64,000 bases of DNA from Candidatus Eiseniibacteriota bacterium. Lineage in GTDB: Bacteria > Eisenbacteria > RBG-16-71-46 > CAVPCR01. Under the pieces are notes generated by a model that was given only the letters and a program-made list of their open reading frames with translations, had not been told where the DNA came from and did no database searches. Below are positions 1-11,145 of this stretch, piece after piece. Positions within the stretch are counted from its first letter, which is position 1. Every line of letters begins with the position of its first letter. The stretch is from positions 1 to 64,000 of the forward strand of contig CAVPCR010000001.1 of assembly GCA_963702435.1 (NCBI GenBank), given 5' to 3'. Both the position numbers and the translations under genes were made by a program.

Positions 1-525
1 CCTGGTCGCGAGATGGTAACGCTCGTCTTCAGTCATGGGTTGCGTCTTGGCGAGGACTTCAGCCAGGGCGAGGATGACCGACAGCGGTGTGCGCGCTTCG
101 GACCGGAGGTGCTCGAGCACCGCCGTCTTCAGGTGATTGATCTCCTCCACGGCGCGGAGGTGCACGTAGACCTCAACCTTGGCTCTGAACTCGAGGAGAT
201 TGAAGGGCTTCGTGATGTAGTCGTCGGCACCGGCGCGGTAGCCTTCCAGACGCTCGTTGGACATGGCCTTGGCGGACACGAGCACGATCTTCAGGTGGCG
301 CAGGCCCGAGTGGGCCCGGAGCTGGCGGCACACCTCGTACCCGTTCATCCCCGGCATCATGATGTCGAGCAGCACGAGGTCCGGTTGGAAGCTCTTGACC
401 TTCTCCAGCGCCTCCATGCCGCTATTGAGAAAACTCCAGCTGTAAGCCTCGCCGAGCACTTCCTCGATGATGGCGATGTTGACCGGATCGTCATCCACCG
501 CCAGGATCTTCGCCTTTCGCTTCAT
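1..525 (-). CDS. Response regulator receiver domain followed by a HisKA-like segment (hybrid kinase-like); runs off the window start; one frameshift near 440
   Basis: Manual minus-strand translation: MKRKAKILAVDDDPVNIAII..., then after a frameshift ...FQPDLVLLDIMMPGMNGYEVCRQLR...SAKAMSNERLEGYRAGADDYITKPF (receiver D, T/S and KPF motifs). The listed + ORF 13..669 is its antisense shadow. Confidence 0.8.
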   Translation of the reverse strand, partial: MKRKAKILAVDDDPVNIAIIEEVLGEAYSWSFLNSGMEALEKVKSFQPDLVLLDIMMPGMNGYEVCRQLRAHSGLRHLKIVLVSAKAMSNERLEGYRAGADDYITKPFNLLEFRAKVEVYVHLRAVEEINHLKTAVLEHLRSEARTPLSVILALAEVLAKTQPMTEDERYHLATR

Positions 526-799
526 CGGATGCGCCGCCTCCGTCCCGGGGACACTCCTCCCCACCTCCCCTTGTCGTCCGCGGCGGGATGCGCCTTGAGC
601 CGGCAAGGAGCGGCATTGCTTCTGGGCCGTTGCGCTTCCCGCACCGGCCCCCGCCTTTACCTTAGCTAAAGGCGGCTCTGCACCGGCCGAAGACCTGCAC
701 TGGAGGTGCCGTGGATTGCGGGCCCAGTGCGTGGACACGCGCTGGGAGGGCTCGGTCGTGGAGCCTCGTCCATGGGCCATTCGACATGAGGGAAGCCCA

Positions 800-2921
800 A
801 TGTCCAGCTCTTCATGGCCCGGAATGAGTCACCGGCCCGGGCGGCCAGCCGGCGAGTGGATCAGAACGAGCGTGCCGCCCACCGCCGCCCTGATTGCCGC
901 AATGCTTGGCGTGTTGCTCCTCGCGAGCCTGCCTGTTTCCGCCCAGGACCTCGACCTCACGAAGCTCAGCCTGGATGAGCTGGCCGATCTCCGGGTGACC
1001 ACTGCCGCAAAGAGAGAGGAGTCGCTCTGGGAGACATCCTCGGCCGTGTACGTCGTGACCGCGGATGACATCCGGCGCCTGGCGTGTCGGACCATTCCCG
1101 AAGCCCTGCGCCAGGTGCCGGGGTTGAACGTGGCCCAGATCGATGCGGGGACGTGGGCGGTCAGTTCCCCGCGGCGGCAACGGCCGCTTTGCGAACAAGA
1201 TGCTCGTGATGATCGACGGGCGCACCATCTACTCGCCGCTCTTCTCGGGCGTTCACTGGGAACACCTGAGCGTCAACATGGACGACATCGAGCGCATCGA
1301 GGTCGTCCGCGGGCCCGGCGGCACGATCTGGGGTGCGAACGCCGTGAACGGGGTCATCAACATCATCACCCGCAGCGCGGATGACACCCAGGGCAACCTG
1401 CTGGCCGCCGGCCTGGGCACGGCAGACCGCGGCTTCGGAGACTTCCGCGCCGGCATGGTGGCCGGCGATCGGCTCTTCGATCGGGTCAGCGCCAAGCTGG
1501 CCGGCCACCGCAACTCAGAGGCTCCGATCGCCGCCGACTTCAGTGACGACTGGCGGCTCGCCTCCGGTGCGCTCCGTGTCGACTGGCACCGGACCCCCTC
1601 GTCGGCGCTGACCCTCGCCGGGGATCTGAGACAGGGAAACCACAGCCGCACATATGAGATGGTCACCAACGTCGCTCCGCCCTGGACCGACCTCGTGACC
1701 ACGGGAGGCGGAGAACAGGGGCTGGAGCCTCCTGGGCCGGTGGAAGACCACCTTCTCCGCCGAGTCGGATCTCACCCTGCAGGTCACTGCCGACCGTTCC
1801 GTGTTCGACGAGGTCGTCGAGGGCCTGAGCAGCCATACCTACGACCTCGATCTCCAGCATCACTTCCTGGCAGGCCAGCGTCATGAAATCGTGTGGGGAG
1901 CCGGTTACCGAGCGTACGACGACCAGGTCGACACGACTTTCGCTTTCACGTTCACCCACACGACCGAGCGCAATCATCTCCTCAGTGCTTTCGTTCAGGA
2001 TGAGATCGGGTTGTTTTCCGACGAATTGCGCTTCACTCTGGGCACGAAGTTCGAGCACAACAGCTACACCGGCGCCGAATGGCAGCCGAACGTCCGCCTG
2101 CTCTGGCACCCGCAAGACGACTTCTCGATGTGGGGCGCGGCGTCATGGGTGATCAGGACCCCCTCCCGGATCGAGAGAAGCGGGGCGATGGTCCTCCGGG
2201 CGATACCGCCGGGCGCACTTGACCCGATGAGTCCCGCGGCGTTCGTTCTCTGGCGCGGCAACGGCAACTACAGTTCGGAGGAGCTCTGGGCCTATGAGCT
2301 CGGCGGCCGCGCCCGCCCCACGCAGCGGCTCTATGTCGACGTTGCCGCCTTCTTCAACGACTACGACAAGCTCCGGTCCGGCGACGCCCTGCCGCCGGAG
2401 TTCCAGTTGAGCGGGCCGACCCCATACCTGCTCCTGCCCCTGCTCCTGGGCAACAGCTATGCGGGGGAGAGCTACGGGTATCGAGGCCCTCTCCAGCTAC
2501 CAGGTGTCCGAATCCTGGCGGCTCCAGCTCTGGTACGTGTTCCAGGAGTCCCACATCGGGGGCCGCGGCATCCTGCCGACCGAAGTCGCCGCGTGGGAGC
2601 AGGTAGCTCCTGAAAACAACGTCTATCTCAAGTCCTCGTGGAACCTCCCTTGGCGGACGAGCCTCGACCTCGGATTGCGCTGGGTCGACGATGTGTCCTT
2701 CAGCGGACTGGCCGAGAGCCCGGGCGGCCCTTCCCACTCCCAGCTACCTCGCGCTGGACGCTGCGGCGAACTGGGGAGTCATCCCGGGAGTCGATCTGTT
2801 CCTTGTGGGGCGCAATCTCACCGATGATGCTCATCCGGAGTTCCACGCGGAGTTCCTCGCCGCACCCCAGATCGTCGAGATCGGGAGAAGCGTTCACGGC
2901 GGACTGCGCTGGCAGTTCTAG
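800..2921 (+). CDS. TonB-dependent receptor, split by about 4 frameshifts
   Basis: Signal peptide and plug motifs (LSLDELADLRVTTAAKREE, VMIDGRTIY, DIERIEVVRGPGGTIWGANAVNGVINIIT) are spread over ORFs 716..1384, 1143..1886, 1801..2613, 2459..2827 and 2691..2921; ends in the outer-membrane signature ...GGLRWQF. Confidence 0.85.
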
Positions 2922-2922
2922 G

Positions 2923-3526
2923 ATGCGGACGCGGCCGCCGTCGCGGAGACCGCAGGTGTCGACCACAGACCTGAGAGCCCAGTCGGCGTTCGGTTGCGCG
3001 CTCCGCGTATCCGTTCTGCTGCTTGCGCTCCTCGCTGCCGTGGGCGCCCGCAGCGCCCCCACAGAGTACGAGGTGAAGGCCGCCTTCATCTACTACTTCG
3101 CCAAGTTCGTGGACTGGCCCGCCGGCGCCTTTGCCGGCCCCGGCGCTCCGCTCGTCATCGGAATCTGCGGCAGTGATCCACTCGAGGAACGACTCGTACA
3201 GGTGGTCGCCGGAAAGAACGCGAACGGCCGCCCGCTGGAAGTGAGAAGGCTCGCTCCCGACGCCGACCTCACGCAGTGCCACATCGTCTACATCGGGCCC
3301 GCCGAGCGCCGGAATGCGCCGGACATCTCGCCGGCCGGGCGCACTCTCCCGTCCTGACCGTGAGCGAGATCGAAGGCTTCACCAACAGCGGCGGCATCAT
3401 CAACTTCTTCATTCTCCAGAGCAAGGTGAAGTTCGAGATCAGCCCGTAAACGCCCGCCGCGCCAAGCTCGATCTCCGCGCTCAGCTCCTGCGCGTGGCCG
3501 CCACGGTGGCGGAGGGCTCGCCGTGA
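2923..3526 (+). CDS. YfiR-family (DUF4154-like) periplasmic protein, frameshifted near 3330 and 3445
   Basis: EYEVKAAFIYYFAKFVDWP...LVIGICGSDP...CHIVYIG, then PVLTVSEIEGF...GGIINF...KVKFEI and ARRAKLDLRAQLLRVA in shifted frames. Confidence 0.8.
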
Positions 3527-5114
3527 GGATCTCCCGGTTCCGCGACCTCTCGCTCCGCCATAAGCTGACGGCGATCGCCCTGGTCACAACCGGCGTCGCC
3601 CTCGTGCTGGCCTGCACCGTATTGATCGTTTTCGATCAGGTCACAGCCCGGCACGCCCTGGAGCGCAACATCGTGACGACGGCGCAGATGACCAGCGCCA
3701 ACACGAGCGCTGCTCTTCTCTTCGGCGATGAGATTGACGCCAAGCGCCTTCTGAACGCGCTCGCCGTCGATAGGCACGTCGTCTATGCGGCGCTCTACGA
3801 CAGTACGGGGGCGCTTTTCGCCTCGTACCTGTCCCCGCATCCAAGAGCGCCGACACAGGCGGCGGAGAGCGTGCAGCCCCCGCAGCGCATCAGCGTGGAG
3901 AAGGGCGGGAGCGAATGGCTGCCGGGCCGCTTGCTGGTCGATCAACCGGTTGTTCTCGATGGCGACCGCATCGGAGTGGTAGTGGTCCATTCCACTCTCG
4001 AGGGGTCCACCACCCGCTGGCAGCGTGTCGTGGCCGTCGTCGGTTTCATCATCCTCGGGGTGTTCGGGGTGGGCGCCCTGCTCGCGCAGTACCTGGCAGA
4101 AGCTCGTCTCCGGTCCGATTCTGAACCTGGCGCGAGTGGCCCTGGAGATTCGGGAAGGCCGCGACTACTCGCTGTGCGCGCTCCCCGGCGGCAATGACGA
4201 GGTCGGCGCGCTCGTCGAACGCTTCAATGACATGCTGGTGCAGATCGAGGAACGGGACCGCGCGCTCCTCCACGCCCAGGACGATCTCGAAGAGCGCGTG
4301 CGGCTGCGCACCGCGGAGCTCGCGGCAGCGAAGGAGCAGGCAGAAGCAAAAAAGGCGTCGCAGGCCAAGAGCGAGTTCCTCGCCAACATGTCGCACGAGT
4401 TCCGCACCCCGATGCAGGGGATTCTCAGTTTCGCCGAACTCGGCAGCGAGCGAGCCGACACGCTGCGCACCGAGAAGATCAAGCAGGTACTTCCAGAGGA
4501 TCCATACGAGTGGCGACCGTCTCCTGTCGCTGCTCAACGACTTCCTCGACCTGGCGTGGTTCTAGGCCCGCAAGCGGACGCTCCAATTCCTAAACGGTCG
4601 GCGAAACGGTCAGAGCGGTCGTGGATGAAATGGAATCTCTACTCGGAAGCCTGGGAGTCAAGATTGTGATTGTTGATGATCAGAGCCGGCAGGAAGTGGA
4701 GGCTGATCGCGAGTCCCTGATACAGGTGTTCCGCAACATACTCGGCAACGCTCTCAAGTTCTCGCCCCGTGGCGGACAGATCGATGTCGCCGTCCGTGAC
4801 GAAGGGGATGGCGTGCTCGTGGTGCTGAGCGATCGCGGGCCGGGCATACCGCCCGACGAGCTCGACTCGATCTTCGACAAGTTCGTGCAGTCGCGCCGGA
4901 CGAAGACGGGAGCCGGGGGGGGGACGGGGCTCGGGCTGGCGATCTGCCGCGAGATCGTGGCGTACCGCATCACGGCCGGATCTGGGCCGAGAACCGGCCG
5001 GGGGGCGGATCGACATTCGTGATCAGCCTGCCGCGGACGCAGCCGGCAGCGACTGCGGCGCCGGGGCCGGGTGCCGGCGGCCAGCCGGCCGCCGCTCAGC
5101 TCGCCGCGGCCTAG
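3523..5114 (+). CDS. Membrane sensor histidine kinase (periplasmic sensor, HAMP, HisKA, HATPase), several frameshifts
   Basis: Two TM helices, HAMP ([14 protein letters not shown]), H-box ([15 protein letters not shown]), N-box ([14 protein letters not shown]), G boxes ([15 protein letters not shown]); last frame [22 protein letters not shown] ends at TAG 5112-5114. Confidence 0.85.
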
Positions 5115-5234
5115 CTGGATGCTCTAGCCGGCCGCCCGCGCCCGCACCGCCCCCCGCGCGTTCGCTCTTCACGTCCACCGCGTGGCGGTCCACTGACTTC
5201 AGCGAGCGGTTCGGCCCCGCAATTCCCCATGGCG

Positions 5235-5465
5235 CAAGAAGCGCGGGTCCTGCCAGCGGGAGTCCTTGATCCGCAACTCCTCCTTGAGGAGCGAGATCTA
5301 GGTGTGCGCGCGGTCGAGCTCCGCCAGGAAGTATTCCTGTCGATGGCGGCTCGTGGCCGCGCGGCTCCGGGTGAGGGTCCACGCCGCAGAAACCCAGAGA
5401 GATGGCGTGGAGCAGGGCCGCTCCGGACATGCTTGGGCCAGCCCGTCGGCAGCGAAGTAGTGCCT
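5235..5465 (-). pseudogene. Transposase/integrase-core protein N-terminal remnant
   Basis: Joining frames gives LPTGWPKHVRS-ALLHAISL-...-FLAELDRAHT*ISLLKEELRIKDSRW, which resembles from memory the N-terminus of a DDE integrase-core transposase family; internal stop at 5298-5300 and truncation. Confidence 0.5.
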
Positions 5466-5861
5466 CTACCGATCATCCTGAAGCTCCGCGAGAATCGTCT
5501 ACGGAGCCGGCGGGAGGAGCATCATGACATCAACACCGACAATCGACTGCGACGCCCAGTCCGACCACCGGAGCGCGGCGCCGAGATGCGGTGGCTCAGT
5601 TCAGGGCGAACTGGATTCGCGAGAGCAGGACTGGATCCATGGGCCAACTCCCCCTCGGGCAGCTCGCGTCACGGTGCCTGCGGGTTGATCCTCTCGACCC
5701 GCCGGACGCGGCCCGCCCGGACGATAGCGCATTCACCACCGCACTGTGAGGCCTTCGTGCTCGCGAAGCCGCGCCATTGCACCACCATGAGGGTCAAGAC
5801 ATCCATAGTCATAGGACCATGAGCCGGGCGCCGCGCGTGCTCAGCAGCATAGATAGAGCCT

Positions 5862-6905
5862 TCAATGCTCAGCACCCCTGTCGAGCAGCAGCAATGCTTT
5901 CCCCTGGCTGTAACGTTCCACGTAGCTCCTCAGTCCTGCCCTGACCTCGTCGATGCCGAACTCCATGGCGAAATTCGTTGTCAGCACTCCCTGCCTGACG
6001 AGCCTCTTGACCCGGCGGACCGCGCGGAGCGTACCCAAGAGGCCGCGCCTTTGCAGCCACTCTCCCAGGTAGAAACCTCTCACCATCTTGCCCGCGAAAA
6101 TCATGTCTATGGGGTCGATGCCCTCCGAGCGCTCGTCGGAGAGTGCGCCGTAGACAAGCACGGTCGAGTGCGCCGGCATGCTGTCGATGAGCGCGCCGGT
6201 GGCCGGCCCGGCCACCGCGTCGAAAGCCACTGTTGCATGCAGATCATGTGCCAGGTGCCGCAGCCTATCCGGGAATTCGGGAGACTCGCTGTTCAGCACA
6301 TGCGACGCCCCCATTTCCCGCAGCCGCTCCACCTGGTCCGGGCGGCGGACGATGTTGATCAGGGGCATGCCCTCCGAGGCGAAGAGCCGGACCAGCATTC
6401 GTCCGGCCTGGCTCATGGCGGCATTCTGGACGGCGGCGGCGCGCGACCCCAGTTTCTTCGCCTCGTCGAGAAGGCCGACAGCGGTCAGCGGATTCACGAG
6501 CAGTGACGCTCCCTGCTCCCGGGACATTCCCTTCCCGAGCGGTATGCACCGGGTGGCGCCGGCGACGAAGTACTCCGCCCACGTGCCGTCCCCGTCCTCC
6601 TGGCCGCCGCAGGCCACGCGCTTTCCCATGAGCCACCTGGCGACCAGGCCGCCTCCGTGGTCGACCACGGTTCCGGTTCCCTCCCAGCCCGGCACCGTGG
6701 GAAGCCGTTTCTTCACACCATACATGCCGCGGATGAGCAGTAGATCGGATTGATTGCAGGGGGCCGCCGCCATGCGCACGAGGACCTGGCCCCGGGAGGG
6801 CCGCGGGATCGGCCTGGTAGCAATCTCCAGCGCATCGATGGCGCGCACCAGGTCGCGATCGTATCGCGTCAACAGCACGGCCTTCATTTCTCTGCGAGAA
6901 TTCAT
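5862..6905 (-). CDS. MDR-superfamily NADPH:quinone oxidoreductase / enoyl reductase-like protein
   Basis: GQVLVRMAAAPCNQSD, PGWEGTG, GTWAEY, LVNPLTA, VAFDAVAG, GKALL. Confidence 0.85.
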   Translation of the reverse strand: MNSRREMKAVLLTRYDRDLVRAIDALEIATRPIPRPSRGQVLVRMAAAPCNQSDLLLIRGMYGVKKRLPTVPGWEGTGTVVDHGGGLVARWLMGKRVACGGQEDGDGTWAEYFVAGATRCIPLGKGMSREQGASLLVNPLTAVGLLDEAKKLGSRAAAVQNAAMSQAGRMLVRLFASEGMPLINIVRRPDQVERLREMGASHVLNSESPEFPDRLRHLAHDLHATVAFDAVAGPATGALIDSMPAHSTVLVYGALSDERSEGIDPIDMIFAGKMVRGFYLGEWLQRRGLLGTLRAVRRVKRLVRQGVLTTNFAMEFGIDEVRAGLRSYVERYSQGKALLLLDRGAEH

Positions 6906-6947
6906 CGCACGATCTCGGGTGTTTTCGCCGGAGCCCTGGCTGGCGGA

Positions 6948-7932
6948 CTACCATCCTTTCCGGTCGAACACCGGGTGCTGCCAGCGGAACGCCACGCACT
7001 CGTCCAGGGCTGAGGGGATCCCTTCGTACACCGTCGGGTAGCGCGGGGAGACGCCCAGATCCCGCCACACCAACCCCGGCTCGACGGGCAGGTTCAGGTT
7101 GAAAATCCGATGACGGAGCCGGGCGTCACGATGGTGGGCCGCCTTCGCCAGGACGGCGCCGCGCTTGCCCGCCGCGGTGGCGCAAAGGGCCATCCAGGAA
7201 GGGATCCAGAAGCTGCGGGAAGCGTGCGTAGTGGTCCCGGATGACGCCCGCAAACTCCCGCCAGGTGACGGCAAGAGCGTCCGCCACGGGAGAGATCCCC
7301 GTCCAGGCCTGATCCGCCGCGGCGATCATGACGCGGGCCGCGTCCGAGACGTGCATGTGGGCGTAGAGATTGCGGCCGCGGCCCGGCAGGAAGAGATGTC
7401 CCCGTCGTATCTGTTCGAACATGAGGTCGCGAGCCCCGTAGACGTGCGGGAGCCTCAGGACCGCGAGCTTCATGGCGGCGCGCCTCGCAATCGATGCCAG
7501 CGCGACTTCCGCCTCGACTTTCGGGCGCCCGTAATCCAGACGAGGCCCGGTGGGTGTGCCCGTCCCGATGGGGCCGGGACTGCTGTCGTAGACCAGCAGG
7601 CTGCTGGCGTAGACGAAAGTCCGGACCCCGGCCGCCGCCGCTGCTTCGGCGAGGGCGACGTTGCCGTCCACGATGCTCGGCCGGAGCGTGGAGATATCCT
7701 CGAACGTGGCGCGGGCGCCCAGGTGGATGACCGTGTCCATTCCGGCGACCGCGCGGGCCAGGCTGGCGGGCCGGGTCAAGTCTCCCAGCACCAGCTCCGC
7801 ATCCAGCCCGGACAGCAGCCGGCCCCGCTCGGGACGGCTGACGAGTAAGCGGCTCGGCGTCCCGGCAGCCGCCAGCTGCCGCGCGACCTCGTATCCGATG
7901 AACCCCGTGGCGCCTGTCACGAGCGGTCGCAT
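6948..7932 (-). CDS. NAD-dependent epimerase/dehydratase (extended SDR), frameshifted near 7215
   Basis: LVTGATGFIG Rossmann motif, YxxxK-like YGRPK, LRLPHVYG; C-terminus continues in ORF 6948..7274 (PRYPTVYEGI). Confidence 0.8.
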
Positions 7933-8040
7933 GCGGTCACCCGATTGGCGATGCCCTCGAGCATGCCCTGGAAGACACGGGCGTGCAGGGGATAGATGCC
8001 GTACCAGTGGACGCGCCACAGCCAGCCGCGGCCGCCGCGC
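7917..8040 (-). pseudogene. C-terminal remnant of a DUF2867-like protein
   Basis: GWLWRVHWYGIYPLHARVFQGMLEGIA resembles the DUF2867 C-terminal motif (GxxYWYxxxPxHxxIFxGM); no N-terminal part is present. Confidence 0.5.
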
Positions 8041-8321
8041 CGAACCGTGCGCCGGCAGCGCGCCGCTCCCAGACCTCCGTCTGCACCCCTGACAAGGGAG
8101 GACTGCGTCATGGCTGGCTCACCCTCTCTCTGCCCGGAGGACGAGGCGCAGGTCACGTCTGCGTTGCCCCCGTTCACTCGGACGCCGTCGGCGCCCATCG
8201 CGGTTCCAAGGTTCGGCTGAATCGCCCCCGGTCCCGTGCGCATCCTAAACCATCAACCACTCACACGTTCGAAGCCTCGCGTCTCCGGGACGCCAATTCC
8301 CCCGGGGGGAGAGCTACGGTC

Positions 8322-8513
8322 ATGTTGAAAGTCCGGGACTACCTGATTCTCGGCGCCGCTTTCGTTTCGTTCCTCTACTCTGTCGCGCTGTGGTCGGCGT
8401 GATCGGACCGCCAAACAAAGAGGCTGGCGCCTTCGTGGGGCTATGGGTGCCGTCGATTCTCGCGGCGGGAATCTGTTCAACTCAGGTTTCTCGAGAGAGC
8501 CAGAAGGAGCTGA
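8322..8513 (+). CDS. Small two-helix membrane protein, frameshifted
   Basis: MLKVRDYLILGAAFVSFLYSVALW continues in another frame as GVIGPPNKEAGAFVGLWVPSILAAG; GGAG upstream of the ATG. Confidence 0.5.
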
Positions 8514-8516
8514 GCC

Positions 8517-8630
8517 ATGGAAGGGTGGATCTTCGCCGTGGGAGTGAGCACGTTCGCCCTGCTGGTCGGCGGGGTGATCCTCACGGTCATCGAGTTCCGT
8601 CGACTGGAACGGCTCGACCCCAACGGCTGA
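8517..8630 (+). CDS. 37-aa single-pass membrane protein (not in the ORF track)
   Basis: MEGWIFAVGVSTFALLVGGVILTVIEFRRLERLDPNG*, with AAGGAG Shine-Dalgarno upstream. Confidence 0.6.
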   Translation: MEGWIFAVGVSTFALLVGGVILTVIEFRRLERLDPNG

Positions 8631-8640
8631 TCGACTACCG

Positions 8641-8775
8641 ATGCCCGGCTGTCTCGTGCCCGGCGACCAGCTCCACCGCGGCGGCGCCGCCTTAGACGGG
8701 GTAGATCGCGGCCGGGATCGGGTGTGGATGGCGGAGGTCGCCGAGGAGTCGACCCACGTCTGGACGAACAGTGCC
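8641..8775 (+). pseudogene. N-terminal remnant of a cryptochrome/photolyase-related protein (DPRP/CryB-like)
   Basis: LVPGDQLHRGGAALDGVDRGRDRVWMAEVAEESTHVW matches the family start (LVLGDQL...D.VWMAEV.EESTHVW); similarity stops after about 45 aa. Confidence 0.6.
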
Positions 8776-8892
8776 CACTCGGGGGTTCCGACGGTGGCCG
8801 CCCGCGACAATCGAGATCTTCACTTGCACCTCCAGGAAGATCGGGCGGGCAGGCCATACCTTGGGAATCCGCAGCCCACACCCGCCTTGCGG

Positions 8893-11145
8893 TCACGCCA
8901 GCTCCAGGTCGAACTCGGGCGGACCGACTGTGACGATGCCCAGGTGCCCATCCACCGTGATCACGTCACCATCGCGAAGCTGCTCCACTGCGCGGTCGAC
9001 CCCGTTGACGCAGGGGATCCCCAGTTCGCGCGCGACGATGGCCCCATGGATCAGCATGCCGCCGCGCCGCTCCACGACGGCGGCCGCGAGCGGCACCAGG
9101 TGGGTCATCATCGGCTGAATGGCATCGCACACCAGCACGTTACCGGCTCGGAATCTCCCGATGTCTCTTCCCTCCGTGATGCGGCAGACCCTGCCGCTCG
9201 CCAGGCCAGGGGAGGCCGGCTGCCCGACGAGCTGTCGGGGGGTGCCGTGCGAGAGGATCTCGACCCTGGCGTCCTCAGGAGTGGCGACAGGCAGGTCGAG
9301 CACGGCGCCCGGATCTCTGAGTGCCGTGGCGAGGGCGGGCACCAGGGCATCAGTGCGCCGCGGCTCCTGCCGAAGTCGGCCGGCCGCGCGCAGCCGGTCG
9401 AGCGCCATCGCGACGGCACGATTCAGCTGACTCTCCACGCGGCTGAGCAGCAGGTTGTCATCGTCTCGGAGCCGCCAGCTTACTCTCCCGATCCGCAGCA
9501 CCTCGGCCACCTCGTCGCGGCGCGCGGGGCCGACGGCGTCGAACAAACGTGCCTCCAGCTCGGCGCGGCCGACGCCCTGAGGGGGCTCCGCAGGACGAGC
9601 ATCGCGGGGGGCGACATCTGCCAGCTCCAGGAGCGTGTGCAGCAGCAGATCCGGGCGATCCAGCAGGCGCTCGGTGCCGTACATGACGTCCATGAACCCT
9701 GCCGCCAGCGCATCGAACGCGCTCAGAAACTCCGGACCGCCGGGAAACTCGCGCAGATGCTCCAGCGTCCCTCGCCACATCGTCGCGTCGGCATCGGCAA
9801 GGGCAAGCCGGGCGTCCGACACCGCCTGCATGAGCCGCGAGTTCCCTCGCAGCCTCTCCGCGAGGTCTTCCATCGCCTGGTTCCGCCGCGAGGCAAGCAT
9901 GTCCACCGACTTCAGCAGCCCGACGAACTCGTACGGATCGTCCGGACGCACAGCATCGGCGTAGTACTGGCCCAGTTGCCGGACCCCATGGGCCAGCGGG
10001 ATGAACTCGTCCCAGTAGATGTCCTTCCACCGTCGCAGTGATTCGGCCCGCTCGAGCAGGGCCGCAGCGAGTTCGGCATCGGCGCCGGTGGCGAGATCGT
10101 GCGACGCCAGACGCGCGCCCTCCGACTCGAGGGCGGGAATCAGCTCGCCGGCGACGCGGTCCGCGAGCGCAGACAGACGCCGCAGATTCGGCCGCAGCGT
10201 CAGGTACCAGCCGCGCTCGTCGTCTGCGGCAGGCCGCGACGTCGTGATGGGCCGGGCCTGGAGCACCACCGTGTCCGGCGATCGACCGGTCCACTCGACG
10301 TCCGGCGGCCACGCGAACAGCGTCTCGATGCGGCTGAGCACACCGAGCAGGTGTGCCAGGTCCTGCCCGCCGAGAAGCGGTCCGCCGTCATCCGATTCGC
10401 GGCGCCCCGGCCGCCACTCGATCAACTCACCCGAGGTTCGCTCCAGGGTCCAGCGATCCGGGTCCACCGAACCGTCCACGAGCAGCGCGCACGGGCCCGG
10501 CACGGCTTCGATCACGGCGCGGTCGGCGTCCGGGCTGCGCGGATCGCGGTTGAAAGCCACGCCGGAACACTCCGCCAGCTCCACAGCCTGGACGAGCACC
10601 GCCATCCGGCTCCGGTGCGGGTCGAGCGACAGCTCGCGTCGATAGAGGAGCGCAGCATCCGACCACAGCGAGGCCCAGACCGCACGCACCGCATCGAGAA
10701 CGGCGCGATCTCCCTTCACCCCGACGATGGACTCGTGGAGCCCGGCAAAAGACGACTGCTGCGAGTCCTCCCCGGGCGCCGACGAGCGGACGGCCACGGC
10801 GCCGTCGCCGATGTGGTCCGCCAGGGCCCGGCGGATCTGCCCGGCGATGGCATCCGGAATCCCGGCTCGCAGGAAGGCGGATCGGATCCGCAGCGCGGCA
10901 TCCCACAGTTCCTCCCACCGCATGGCGTCCAGGGGCTTGCGGCCCAACTCCATCGCAATGTGCCCGCTCAGGCTGGCCTCGGCGATGAACTGTTCGTACG
11001 CCCTCGTCGTGATGCAGAAGCCCCGGGGAACCCTGAATCCCGCCTGGATGAGCGAGCCGAGCCTGGCCGCCTTGCCGCCAACCAGCCTGTCTCCCGCGCC
11101 GGCGGCCACGACCAGGGGGACTATGCACGACTCTTGGGAACCCAC
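8893..11145 (-). CDS. PEP-utilising dikinase-like enzyme (ATP-grasp, central domain, C-terminal phospho-His swivel)
   Basis: VGGKAARL, VPRGFCIT, AVRSSAPGEDSQQSSFAG, DVEW, LQARPIT; C-terminal GQPASPG...GGMLIHGAIVARELGIPCV. Start placed at GTG 11145, overlapping the upstream gene. Confidence 0.85.
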   Translation of the reverse strand: MGSQESCIVPLVVAAGAGDRLVGGKAARLGSLIQAGFRVPRGFCITTRAYEQFIAEASLSGHIAMELGRKPLDAMRWEELWDAALRIRSAFLRAGIPDAIAGQIRRALADHIGDGAVAVRSSAPGEDSQQSSFAGLHESIVGVKGDRAVLDAVRAVWASLWSDAALLYRRELSLDPHRSRMAVLVQAVELAECSGVAFNRDPRSPDADRAVIEAVPGPCALLVDGSVDPDRWTLERTSGELIEWRPGRRESDDGGPLLGGQDLAHLLGVLSRIETLFAWPPDVEWTGRSPDTVVLQARPITTSRPAADDERGWYLTLRPNLRRLSALADRVAGELIPALESEGARLASHDLATGADAELAAALLERAESLRRWKDIYWDEFIPLAHGVRQLGQYYADAVRPDDPYEFVGLLKSVDMLASRRNQAMEDLAERLRGNSRLMQAVSDARLALADADATMWRGTLEHLREFPGGPEFLSAFDALAAGFMDVMYGTERLLDRPDLLLHTLLELADVAPRDARPAEPPQGVGRAELEARLFDAVGPARRDEVAEVLRIGRVSWRLRDDDNLLLSRVESQLNRAVAMALDRLRAAGRLRQEPRRTDALVPALATALRDPGAVLDLPVATPEDARVEILSHGTPRQLVGQPASPGLASGRVCRITEGRDIGRFRAGNVLVCDAIQPMMTHLVPLAAAVVERRGGMLIHGAIVARELGIPCVNGVDRAVEQLRDGDVITVDGHLGIVTVGPPEFDLELA

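Noticed and set aside
4915..4923. Poly-G tract in the kinase as a phase-variation switch
   Set aside because: It encodes the Gly-rich G2 box and lies in an error-prone stretch; there is no independent support.
8641..10041. 466-aa plus-strand ORF
   Set aside because: Only the first ~45 codons look protein-like (photolyase stub); the rest is the antisense shadow of the dikinase.
8893..11145. Calling the dikinase rifampin phosphotransferase (rph) or ppsA
   Set aside because: The domain order fits RPH but I cannot recognise its substrate-domain motifs, and it lacks the C-terminal PEP-binding barrel of PpsA.
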